DNA of 52,989 bases from a virus (Duplodnaviria; Caudoviricetes): positions 1 to 52,989 of the IMG/VR virus record IMGVR_UViG_3300003321_000545; one strand, 5' to 3'. Positions 30,982 to 41,311 of this stretch are shown here, piece by piece. The notes below the pieces were generated by a model. It had not been told where the DNA came from, made no database searches, and saw nothing but the letters and a program-made list of their open reading frames with translations. Numbering within the stretch: position 1 is the first letter of the stretch; the number at the start of each line of letters is the position of its first letter. The translations under genes and the position numbers were made by a program.

Positions 30982-31401
30982 ATGAAATCTATCACGTTTA
31001 CAACTCCCTATCCTCCCAGCAATAATTCACTATACACAGGATCTCATCAAAAGAAATGGTCTGAAAATAAACAAAAATTTTACTATCCCCGCGTATTAAC
31101 CACAGAGGCCAGACAATTCAAAAAATATGTATCTGAACTTATTGCTTATAGCTTCTCAAAAGTAAAATACGGAAAAAACTTTGTTGAAGTTCATATCATT
31201 GTTAATCCCCCCGCAGATAATAGAAAAAGAGATATACACAACGGAGAGAAGGTGCTCTTTGATGCTATTAAAGCATCTGGTATAATAGAAGATGACGACC
31301 AGATAGTACACCGAACTTCAACAATAGGTGAAAAGTTAGGCAAAGGCCAATGGATTGTCACGATGAAACCATATTATAGGGAGATGAAAGATGTTAAATA
31401 A
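30982..31401 (+). CDS. rusA: RusA-family Holliday junction resolvase
   Basis: PYPPSNNSLY...PPADNRKRDIHN.EK.LFDA....IIEDDDQI. Confidence 0.8.
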   Translation: MKSITFTTPYPPSNNSLYTGSHQKKWSENKQKFYYPRVLTTEARQFKKYVSELIAYSFSKVKYGKNFVEVHIIVNPPADNRKRDIHNGEKVLFDAIKASGIIEDDDQIVHRTSTIGEKLGKGQWIVTMKPYYREMKDVK

Positions 31402-32146
31402 GCTTGTAATTTTATTAGTTAGTTTTATAAATGGATGTTATTGCGCCGAAAAGGTGGGAATTATAGACGAAGACTTTTTTAAAGAGGTTGGAACAATTGT
31501 TTCAATAAGAAATGTGGTGCCTCACGATAATCATTTCATGGCTATTGTAGATGCAACAACAAGCTATGATTCAAGGACAACTTCTCTTATCCCTTTTTAT
31601 ATCAAAACATGGGAACATGACGATGTAAAAAAGGTGAGCAAGTGCAAAATATTGGCGACTGTCATCTGTGGTACAAAAACTTTAGAATTCACACTTCCAC
31701 TAAAAGAAGAGGTGCCGTACCATTATTTAAGAGATGTTGAAGATAAAACATCTGAACTTACACTTGGATCAACGGTCACATTTTATTGTATTAAAGAATT
31801 TGAGAGAGCAGATAAAACAATCTTTAGAGAAAAAGGATTGTCTCTTTATATGTTGACTCTTAAAGAAGAAAGGGCCGCTTCACATGATGTATCTGTATGT
31901 TTTAAAGAATGGACAATTACATCACAATGGCAACGTAAAACTAGACATTCTCGAAGGATATATTCAGCAATTGATATATATCACACAACATTAAAAAGAA
32001 TGTGCAATGTCACAGGATCTGACGATGAAATCATTAATAAAGAATTGGTGAGAAAAGAATTAACATTTAAAAATGTAGATGCTGAATCACCAGAATGCGG
32101 AACATGCGGAGGTAATTTACCTAACAAAGCTATAATTATCACTTGA
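31391..32146 (+). CDS. Exported hypothetical protein
   Basis: Signal-peptide-like N-terminus; Cys-containing. Confidence 0.5.
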   Translation: MLNKLVILLVSFINGCYCAEKVGIIDEDFFKEVGTIVSIRNVVPHDNHFMAIVDATTSYDSRTTSLIPFYIKTWEHDDVKKVSKCKILATVICGTKTLEFTLPLKEEVPYHYLRDVEDKTSELTLGSTVTFYCIKEFERADKTIFREKGLSLYMLTLKEERAASHDVSVCFKEWTITSQWQRKTRHSRRIYSAIDIYHTTLKRMCNVTGSDDEIINKELVRKELTFKNVDAESPECGTCGGNLPNKAIIIT

Positions 32147-32312
32147 CATATATCTAAAATTTTATTGATTATAAGAGATATTGTAATCTTTTTATGTTAG
32201 TTTCATGACGCGTACAGAAATTTACTTATCTCTTGTAATCATGACCATTGTTATAATTCTCAGTTATTATTCGCACATTGCTTTTAACGCTTATATTTCG
32301 TAGGGAATATAA

Positions 32313-32996
32313 ATGATAGAATTTATCCGATATGAAGATGTATATTCAATCCTTCATGAAAAATATAATGTTAGTCATGATGAGCTTCTTTACTGGATAC
32401 AGAGAGATACAGCCTTACAATTAAATAGAAGTCCTTTTAGCACTCAAGAAGAGATATTGTTGGATATGGGAAAAACTACATCCCTATGCTGTTTCGTCAG
32501 TGATATAGAATCAAATGTTAAATACCTTCATGGATACAAACGAGCAAATGAGCATTTTAATTACCCTTATGGATTTTATGTAAAATTACTTGTTGATAAT
32601 TTTATACCAAATCCTGAATTAAGATTAGTATCTATTCAATCCATTCACAATAGATTCTGGAAGCAATGGGACCGATTGGAAGATCGACGTTATTCTCCGT
32701 TCCCGAGTTTAGATAAAGCCGCTGAAAATGGTATGCTGCATTTTTATGATGAGAGAGAAAAAAGATATACGCTCTATTCATCATATATTGGAGATCATGA
32801 ACGAGCACAGCCCATATTATGGTATCACACAGACATTGGTATAAAAAAACTGTCTGATCCTAATACCTTATTTCAACTTTTTGACATTATCCAAATTGAG
32901 AGAGTTTTTGAGGGAAGATCAAGAGAAGAGTGTATGAAAGAATTAAAACGTATAGATGAGGATAAAAATGACCAAGACCACAAAACCAAAACCTGA
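32313..32996 (+). CDS. Hypothetical protein
   Basis: 227-aa ORF with RBS. Confidence 0.6.
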   Translation: MIEFIRYEDVYSILHEKYNVSHDELLYWIQRDTALQLNRSPFSTQEEILLDMGKTTSLCCFVSDIESNVKYLHGYKRANEHFNYPYGFYVKLLVDNFIPNPELRLVSIQSIHNRFWKQWDRLEDRRYSPFPSLDKAAENGMLHFYDEREKRYTLYSSYIGDHERAQPILWYHTDIGIKKLSDPNTLFQLFDIIQIERVFEGRSREECMKELKRIDEDKNDQDHKTKT

Positions 32997-33399
32997 AAAC
33001 ACAAAAAGAGACATTAAAAAGATTGTTATTAAAAAGTCTGACGTATCTATTCACGACAAGAAAGTAGATCAATTGATCAATCTATTAAATGATCAAACAA
33101 ATGGGGAACAAAATTTTACCTTTTGGAAAGATAAGAATGGAATGGGAGATATTGTAGGTACAGTTCCTATTGTAAGGACCATCAAACAAACAGTACCAGG
33201 TCATTTTAATCCTCTCGATAAAGTGTATGATGAGAAGTTTTTGAAGTTCTACGTTATTGATCTATCTGATGTCCATTCCGAATGGATACCAACTAGAAAA
33301 GATATGGATAGAAGAGACTCAATGGAGAAAAGAGGAATAAATTATATTAAACATAATAATCCAAATGTTATTTTTAATATAGTTATTAATAATTTATGA
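32956..33399 (+). CDS. Hypothetical protein
   Basis: GAGGA RBS before ATG 32968. Confidence 0.55.
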   Translation: MRIKMTKTTKPKPENTKRDIKKIVIKKSDVSIHDKKVDQLINLLNDQTNGEQNFTFWKDKNGMGDIVGTVPIVRTIKQTVPGHFNPLDKVYDEKFLKFYVIDLSDVHSEWIPTRKDMDRRDSMEKRGINYIKHNNPNVIFNIVINNL

Positions 33400-33506
33400 T
33401 ATTTTCATGTTTTAATAATCCATGGGACCCAATATGTTTAATATTAATATGTATTGCAGGAATGTTAATATTTATTATTGGATATATAATTAAATTATTA
33501 AAATGA
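33396..33506 (+). CDS. 36-aa single-TM peptide (not in ORF track)
   Basis: ATGA overlap; MIFSCFNNPWDPICLILICIAGMLIFIIGYIIKLLK. Confidence 0.4.
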   Translation: MIFSCFNNPWDPICLILICIAGMLIFIIGYIIKLLK

Positions 33507-33534
33507 TTAATTTGTTAAAAGGGTATTATATAAT

Positions 33535-33969
33535 ATGAGTACTATCGAACAAAATATTTTAAAGAATGGAAATATTGGAAACAAAGGTAGACACCATGGT
33601 AGTAAAAATAAAGCACAATTAGAATTGCAGAGGATTGGGGAAGAAAACGCCAAACAAATTCTTCAAATGCACATAGCTGAGGCTTTATCTGGAAAGATAG
33701 AAGCACAGCAATTTATAATTAATAAATTTCTACCCAATGCCAAGGGGGGAAAGGTTATAGAAATAGATCTTCCCGAAATATCCAATGCAGAAAATATAAA
33801 ATCAGCATTTGGATTAATTGTGCAAAATGTATCAGATGGTACTATATCACCTGAAGAAGGGGAAAAGATGTGCAATATGGTAGAATATCAACGCAAAGCT
33901 ATTGAAACACAAGAATTAGATAAGCGGCTTAGAATAGTTGAAGATAATTTACTTAAGAAAGAAAGATAA
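33535..33969 (+). CDS. DUF5681-like protein, candidate terminase small subunit
   Basis: GN.GN.GR..GSKNK...AL.G...A...I....LP...G.ISPEE...ELDKRL..VE. Confidence 0.55.
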   Translation: MSTIEQNILKNGNIGNKGRHHGSKNKAQLELQRIGEENAKQILQMHIAEALSGKIEAQQFIINKFLPNAKGGKVIEIDLPEISNAENIKSAFGLIVQNVSDGTISPEEGEKMCNMVEYQRKAIETQELDKRLRIVEDNLLKKER

Positions 33970-34021
33970 TAACCATATTACATGTACAAATTTTTGAGTT
34001 TTTTCGACACGTTTAATGAAT

Positions 34022-34089
34022 ATGTCGTTCTGATCGACAATTGACGTCATATGACATCAGTTTGGCTTTGATGTCAAATCACATCAAAG
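34022..34089. repeat. Nested palindrome cluster at convergent gene junction
   Basis: TGACGTCATATGACATCA; TGACATCA-N9-TGATGTCA; CTTTGATGT-N6-ACATCAAAG. Confidence 0.7.
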
Positions 34090-34955
34090 AATGTTCTCTC
34101 CCAGAAGATCATTAAATCTGTCTCTGATATGTTCAATAGCCTGTTGAGGAGTTTTAATATTTTCTTCTGGCCCATGTTTATAGAATGATCTCAAAAAATT
34201 GTTAAACTCCCAGAGTAAAGAATTTGTTGCATTAGCATGTATATATATCTTTAACTCATCCTCGTCTTCAGCATTAATAATCAATTGAAATTTTGTTGAT
34301 TCAGTCATTTTAATTTTTTTCCTTATAATGATGAGCTGGGAGTTTGGTCATGGACCGCCCTGCGGGTTATTCATTTATCATAACTACATCACCACTGTGA
34401 TTAGGATCATAAGCCAAATCAATTGCTTTTAACATATCATTGGAAATATACTGGATTTCTTTTATACACTCATCCTTGTTAGGATTTGTATAATAAATCA
34501 GTTCACATAGAGTAGAAGTGATAGCCCCTTTTACAACACTATAACTATTAACATGTTTAATAAGACATGCGATTTCTTGTTTAAGCTGTCTAGTTTTTTG
34601 CAAATTATCAGTCATTCAATTACTTTCGTGAACTCTTTACCATCATCATCACTAAAGACAATTTTTATCCTAGCATTTCTTGGATGATCATAATAAAGTT
34701 TACCGAATTGATTAAAATTATTTTCTATTGCCTTTAAAACATCTTCATTACATTTTTCTCTGAATACCAATTCGTAACCATTTGGATAATGAGATTCGAA
34801 ATCCTCACTATGGCTCAAAATATCTTGTTTAATCCATTCAAGGTTAGAGCTTATATGAGATCCCAAAGGAGTACCATCTTCAGCCAAAGCTTGGTAAGTC
34901 TTACCTAGAGGCCCGTGATCTTTCCGTGGGAATATGTATATTTTATTTTTCATGT

Positions 34956-35309
34956 TCATTTTCCATAATGCTTGTCATTTTTTATAATCTTACTTAGATC
35001 ATTTTCTATCCTTTTAAAATCAACTTTATATTGGTATGAAGCGCCAAAATATTTTTTTTGTGGATTGCGTCTTCTTGATAGCCATTTATTAATGATAAGA
35101 TCCTCAATATAATTTTTAATTGGGGGTATTGATAAGTTTAATAGGGTTTCTTGAGAGATTTTTGGATAGCTAGCATTAAACCAATCATTTTCTTCTTCTT
35201 GACGCATGCTAAAATATTCTAACAAAATTGCCTTTTTATAATGCTTCGTTAGTATTATATATTTTCCGCGGAGTAGTATTTCTTTGTCGTAAAGATGTTG
35301 AATATTCAT
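34956..35309 (-). CDS. Winged-helix protein resembling a replication-organiser N-terminus
   Basis: AILLEYF...WFNASY.KISQETL.LS...IK..I..L....WL..RRNP. Confidence 0.45.
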   Translation of the reverse strand: MNIQHLYDKEILLRGKYIILTKHYKKAILLEYFSMRQEEENDWFNASYPKISQETLLNLSIPPIKNYIEDLIINKWLSRRRNPQKKYFGASYQYKVDFKRIENDLSKIIKNDKHYGK

Positions 35310-36850
35310 CTATTATTATCCATAATTCTGATTATGAGATTCTACTCATCTTTCATTCGTTCTCTTAGAAAAGGCAAATCTTTTAAAAACTTTTCTTTAT
35401 CTCTTGACCATTCGTGCCAAAGTAGTCCTTTTGTTAAAGGTTTTTTAATGGGAAGATCATGATCAATGCGAAAATAATATTCCGCTATTTGTTCCCATAG
35501 CAAATCAAGTAACCTACAATATGGTCTAATATCATCAAATTTTCCTGGCATTCTTTTAATTTCAGATTGTAAGAATTTAAGAGCATGTACCATATATCTT
35601 GGAATTAAACCCCCCTCCTTCTTATCCCACATATATATTAAATCATCATCATTATCTATTCCTCTTTGCCATATACTTACAATTTTAGCATCTGAACATA
35701 ATTGAAATATGGCGGTGGGCTTTTCGTGGAACTTATTATAATCTCCAGAAGGAACGACAACATTCCAATCTTTAGGCCATTTTTTTAACTCATTTATAAG
35801 TATTTCTACTGTAAGAGGCTCATAAATAGTGTTTCCCATGTCATCTGTGATTATAAATTCATTTTCTTTAGAAGATTTCTTCTCTTTACTCACTTGTTAT
35901 CTCCCCAATTACTTGACATTTTTCTTTTATAAGTCTTTCAACGGCTGCTAATTGATGTTCAAGAACCGCCAATTCAAGTTTAAGTGGTTCTATTTTAGAA
36001 TTTAAATAAGACGCTTCTTTATATAAGCTATTCAATATTTCATCATTCATCGTCCGTCTCCTTATGTGTAATTAAAACAAAGCGTCTCTATTTCTTTTCC
36101 TGGGTCAATGCCTTCTTCCGTATATTCAGAATCATATTCTAGAGTTCTCATTTTAATAGAAAGACAATCGCGCATATCGAAAAGATAATAAACCACTTGT
36201 CTACAGTCATTCCCCCTCCACAGGCTTATTATAAGAAGAATACTTAGTAGGGACAGACTCATCTATCTCACCAAGTTCAGAAATATGAACCATATATCCC
36301 AAAGAACCTATTTTACCATAAATGACTTCGTCATCAGGTGGGATATCGTTTACAGCAGCTTTTACTGCATAATTTAAAGCACAAATATTACCATCCAAAT
36401 CTTGCCAAGATTTATTACCTGGCATATTAATTACCCAGTCTTCAACCCAAAACTTTTGACCATCAATTAGCGCGTCTTTGGATTTAAGTGTTACCGTTTT
36501 CCCTGCAAGTGGATGTATTTCTCTTATTTTATTCATCATCGCCCTCCACAGGCTCGTTTTGAGAAGCAGCATTACCATTGCTTAGAGGCACATGATCTCT
36601 AATTAAACTTATAATTTGTGCAACAAATCGAATATCATTGTGTAACTTAAATAAAGGGCCTGCAAAAATATTATGTCGATCAGAATTATATGATTGAGAA
36701 AGACTCATAATTTCACCTTCATATTCATCTAACAACCTTTTACGTCTTTCAAAAAGCATATCAATAGCTACTTCAAGAGGATGTTTATCCATATTCATTC
36801 CTCCACCTTCTCATACGTAGCATCAAAGATATTAATGAATTCAATAACTT

Positions 36851-37009
36851 TCATTCATCCATTACCTCTACTTCTTCGTAGCCGTAAGTATCATAATTGT
36901 TTTTATTGAGTCCATTTACCTCTAGTTTAGCTAAATAGCGGTCTTTAAAGGCACACACGATGTCGGTATAAGCGTCCCTCTCATAACGAACGACAAGATA
37001 TATTTTCAT
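36851..37009 (-). CDS. 52-aa phage protein (not in ORF track)
   Basis: GGAG RBS; MKIYLVVRYE...IVCAFKDRYLA. Confidence 0.55.
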   Translation of the reverse strand: MKIYLVVRYERDAYTDIVCAFKDRYLAKLEVNGLNKNNYDTYGYEEVEVMDE

Positions 37010-37042
37010 TTTAAGTCTCCCTAGTTTCTTTGAATCTATACA

Positions 37043-37306
37043 TCATTTGTTAGAGTCCTTAACAGATTCATAAGTCGCGTCAAATATATCCTTCTTGCAG
37101 GGGTAGATTTCGCCAGCTATGCCTTTGATTATCATGTCTCCCCTTATAGCCTTCATTTGTCCTTCTAGTGTAGTAATCACAAAATGAAATCCATTATAAT
37201 CAATCCAGTGGTTATCTTTTGTTCTATATGACATTATCCAATCTGGCATTTCATCCACCCCAAACTGGAAAGCCTCAACAACTACGGGCTTCTTACGGTA
37301 TTTCAT
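37043..37306 (-). CDS. Conserved phage protein (YRKKPVVVEA family)
   Basis: MKYRKKPVVVEAFQF...TLEGQM.A..GD.IIKG..GEIYPCK.DIF..TY. Confidence 0.8.
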   Translation of the reverse strand: MKYRKKPVVVEAFQFGVDEMPDWIMSYRTKDNHWIDYNGFHFVITTLEGQMKAIRGDMIIKGIAGEIYPCKKDIFDATYESVKDSNK

Positions 37307-38049
37307 TTGCTGTGTTCCTTCACTTCATTACTATGATAATCCAATGCCCATTTCTTATCGCATTTTGAACATTTTCTAATGTTTCTATCATTAAGATAAT
37401 GATCAGGAACTACATTATTCCACCAATTATCATCATTATATCCGCTCCACCAAAGGGTTTCATGACAATAAATATTCCACGACATATCATTTCGGCTGAG
37501 ATTGTAAGTAACTTTCATCTTCAACTTCCCTTATTATATTTTTTATCTCTTCTTCAGCCTGTTTCTCTTTTCTTCTAAGAAACTTGAGCCATGTGTCATA
37601 CCAAAGATCAAGGGACATATTTATTGTTTTCTTTCCTCAATCATAAACCATTTATCATCATCAATATGACGAACCATTCCACATCCTTGACACTTGATTC
37701 CTACCCATGCTTTCTCTTCAGGCCATTTGCCAAAAACATCACATGTTACAAAATTCCATCTTAATTTATGAGCAATAAAATGAAAAAACCTACGAACTAT
37801 ATTCATTTATCATTCTCTCTGGTGCAAACATTAATACCCGCAACCTTTGACCACTCAATAATTACATGCTCAATGTTTTTTAATAATAATTCAGCTGAAG
37901 ATACTGGATAATATTGTAATAATCTTCCTTCAGGAATATCATGATTTATCCAAGCAGCCTCGCCATGTATCATAATATTAGTTCCACTTGGAATTATCTT
38001 TAAAGTTAAAGCTTTATCCTTTATACAATTTTTCATTATAATTATTTTA

Positions 38050-38271
38050 TTAACCTTCTCTATATAAAATCCACCTTATTTCAAAAGGTAGCTTTTCTTG
38101 TATAATTATCTGATTATATAAAAGTTCTATAGCTTTTGATGGTGATAAACCAACATCTTCTAAAATCTTTTCAGCAGCTTCTTTTAATTCATAGTTAATT
38201 CTGACACGAATTGTACCATTTTTGTTAGTTTTTGTCACATTTTGTCCCCTTTCTCCGGTATAATTGTCCAT
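38050..38271 (-). CDS. RelB/DinJ-family antitoxin, orphan
   Basis: IRVRINYELKEAAEKILEDVGLSPSKAIELLYNQII....LPFEI. Confidence 0.8.
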   Translation of the reverse strand: MDNYTGERGQNVTKTNKNGTIRVRINYELKEAAEKILEDVGLSPSKAIELLYNQIIIQEKLPFEIRWILYREG

Positions 38272-38298
38272 TTTGTGTAAAAAATCAACAAAAAAGTA

Positions 38299-38327
38299 TT
38301 GACAATAGGTTTTGCTATTGCTATTAG
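38299..38327 (+). promoter_or_regulatory. Sigma70-type promoter with operator-like inverted repeat
   Basis: TTGACA-N17-TATTAG; CAATAG-N6-CTATTG overlaps the spacer. Confidence 0.55.
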
Positions 38328-38369
38328 TAATAAGGACAAGGTTAAATAATTTTAGAAAAGGAATGAAAA

Positions 38370-41258
38370 ATGAAAGGTTTTGATTTATTTGAAGTTAGGC
38401 CAAAAATGGGCATACAGGATATTACTTACGGAAGGATTGAAAGTGGAATGTTGTTGGATAATTTAACTAGATTTGCAAAACAATACACTGGTAAGGATGA
38501 TAATTTTGATCCTTATTTGCAAAAAGATTTATTTTCTAAAAAATATCCAATGAATAAATATTTCGTCTTAAAAAGATTTGTAGGAGAAAAATAATGGGAA
38601 CTAGAGCTATTTATACATTTATAGATCCTAACTATGTGGATGATAAATTTCATATCTATTCACAATATGACAATTATCCAAAAGGAGCCGCTGAATTAAT
38701 TGAAAGAGCATTATCTTATTCTTGGGAATTACCCAGGTTTGAAGCAGATGAATTTGCGGCAGCTTTTGTAGCAGCTAACAAACCAAAAAGAGGGGGAGGC
38801 ATAAGATTGTGTAACAACGAAAATGATTCATACGATTTAGATTATCGATATGAAATAACAACAATCAATAAAGATTTGAAGATTACCTGTTTTACACAAC
38901 AGCCTTATTCTTCAGATCCTGAAGGGATCGATTTACAATGGTTGCCTATATTTGAGGGCGATTTGGATGCATTCAAACATTGGGGAAAGGACAACTAATG
39001 GAAACCTTTATAACTACATTGATAATAAGTTCTCTTTTATATAACGGATGTGAGAAAGGAGCCTTTGTTGTATTCGTTGCTTGTTCTTTAGGTTATATGG
39101 AAAATATCCGTCACCGGTTAATTGATATGGAAATGAAAAAAATATACAAACTATAATTAACCCAGTTTTCACAAAGATTTAGTTGTGCAAAGCTATATTT
39201 TAAACCATAAATTTAGGAGTGTTGTTATGAGTTATAGATTTGAAAAAATAGCATTTATATATTTTGCGCTTTTTGGAGGTATTATTTGTTTTATTATGAT
39301 ATACAACCACCCTTGGCCTAATAAAATTCAATCAGATAACGATCTTATAGAGAAAAGGGCACATGAAATTTACATAGATTACAAAGCTCAAATGCTTGTT
39401 GAGGAAAGGTTATATGATGAAGAAACAAAATAAAAACAAATTGGTAGAAAATGTAAATAGGAAAAAGTCTTATGAAGAGTACATGAATGAGGCATATTAT
39501 AGAGCAAAGGAAGATGAACAAAACGAAGCTAAAAAGTTAAAAGAAATGGTTTATAAGCAATCATTACAACAGCAACAACTAGAATATTGTAAGAAATATC
39601 AAGACGATCCTAAAACTATGGAAAATGTCATGATTTTGGGAAAAGTAAGAGTTAAAGATTTATGGAACATAATACAGTCAGAAAAATATGATGATAGTTT
39701 TGGTATAAAGGTAAATAACAAATTTAAAGCGATTAATACAGAATATTTAAGAGATATATTATCACCGTATAGACATACAGATATGTGGGTTGTATATAAA
39801 TATTATCCTCAATCTGAAAGATTATCTTTCGACATATATAACCCCTCAATCAATACTTTTTTTATAAGAAAAATAGGTTATGAACTGTAAATGTATAAAA
39901 TAGAAAAATATGTAGATAGTGATGTTACTTATTCTTTACCTAATCCATTTTATGTAGGTGAAGGATCAGAGTGTGTCATAAAAGATAATTCCGATAACAT
40001 AATTAAAAAATATATTGTTGTTAGATATTATCCTGAAAATAAATCTAATAGATATACACTAGTGTGGAAATTAAAGGAACATAAAGAGAATGACAAAGAA
40101 TTGTCACATAAAACTTGAGGTTAGGTCTGTATATGGACGTCCCCTTATCTATCCACTTTGCGAAAAATCCAAATATCTAGCTCAATTATGTCGGATTGGT
40201 ACGTTGAAAGGCGGATTGGGGAAAACTATACCATTTGAAGCAATTTCCATAATTCAGAAGCTGGGATATGAAATTGAATGGAAGGGTATTACTGAGGAAG
40301 CTATAAAAAAGTTGAGGGTGAGCCAATGAGTGAAATAAAATTAGATCCTTATTATGATTCAAGTAAAATGGATTATGAAATTAACAGACATCATTTGATT
40401 CTAACATTAGAACAAGCAGTTTATTTGAGAGATCAAATTGAAAGATCTCTGAATGCAATACGTATACATAATTCTTTAGGCGTGGATTGTGTAAAAATGA
40501 TTGTATTTTATCCAAAAGAAACATCAGATGAATAGTGATAAGGCCTAATATAGCATTGGAAGATATAAAAAAATTAATATCAATGGACTGTATATCTTAA
40601 AATTAATAATTTAATTGCTTTGAATTATTGTCACTTTTTGTCATTTATTGTATATTATTCAACTATTTATAATTTGACATTGTTAAGTTCATATAATATT
40701 CTCTCATTTTGAAAGGATATAAAGCCATGACAAATTTCTATCAAGAGAATTTTAAGCAAGTATATTTAGATAAAGAATTAGATATTAAGGTGGGATTTGG
40801 GGACACAATACAAATATCTTGTGTTCAGCAACCAGAAAGTAAAATCACCCTAATGCATGATAGTCAAGAAGGATGGAATTTGTATAGAAGAGGTTTGTTT
40901 CTCATAAATATACCTTACAGTTTGGATGTTACATCCACTGATGCTGAAAAAGAGATATCAGATGAACAAACATAAGGACCGTAAAGAATATCGCAAATTT
41001 ATACAGGATGAAAAAAGAAAATTATCTTTAGAAATTTTTAATATAATATCTCATCCCTTTTTAAATATTAAGGATATAACAGATACTATCAATGTTGCAG
41101 TAGTTTCGTTTATCATGATGCGTATTCACAATAATGATGATATAAAATTACGGAAAGATTTTTTATCTCGCATGATTTTAGATCTAGAAAATTATTATCA
41201 TAATCTTGAGCAAATATCTGAGATGAATATATTATCAAGTAAATCAACTTGCCTTTGA
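38370..41258 (+). other. Rightward cluster of small hypothetical ORFs (38370, 38594, 38998, 39227, 39396, 39891, 40090, 40326, 40727, 40962)
   Basis: Coupled ORFs with RBS; 38594 has the phage MGTR...Y..YD.YP motif. Confidence 0.65.
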
Positions 41259-41311
41259 TATAAGTTTAAAGCAACAATTACATACGATTTTAGCAAATTA
41301 TAGGTTATTGA

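Larger units (their letters stand above)
34084..38036 (-). other. Leftward operon of small coupled hypothetical ORFs (34084, 34367, 34612, 34956, 35342, 36207, 36529, 36851, 37043, 37303, 37621, 37803)
   Basis: Dense ATGA-overlapping ORFs with RBS. Confidence 0.7.

Noticed and set aside
22346-32172. 18-bp repeat TAAAATTTTATTGATTAT at 22346 and 32155 as att sites
   Set aside because: Nearly all A/T; better explained as promoter UP/-35 sequence or chance
34332-34367. Short GC-rich patch with CCGC/GCGG stem
   Set aside because: Too short and single-copy to support a call
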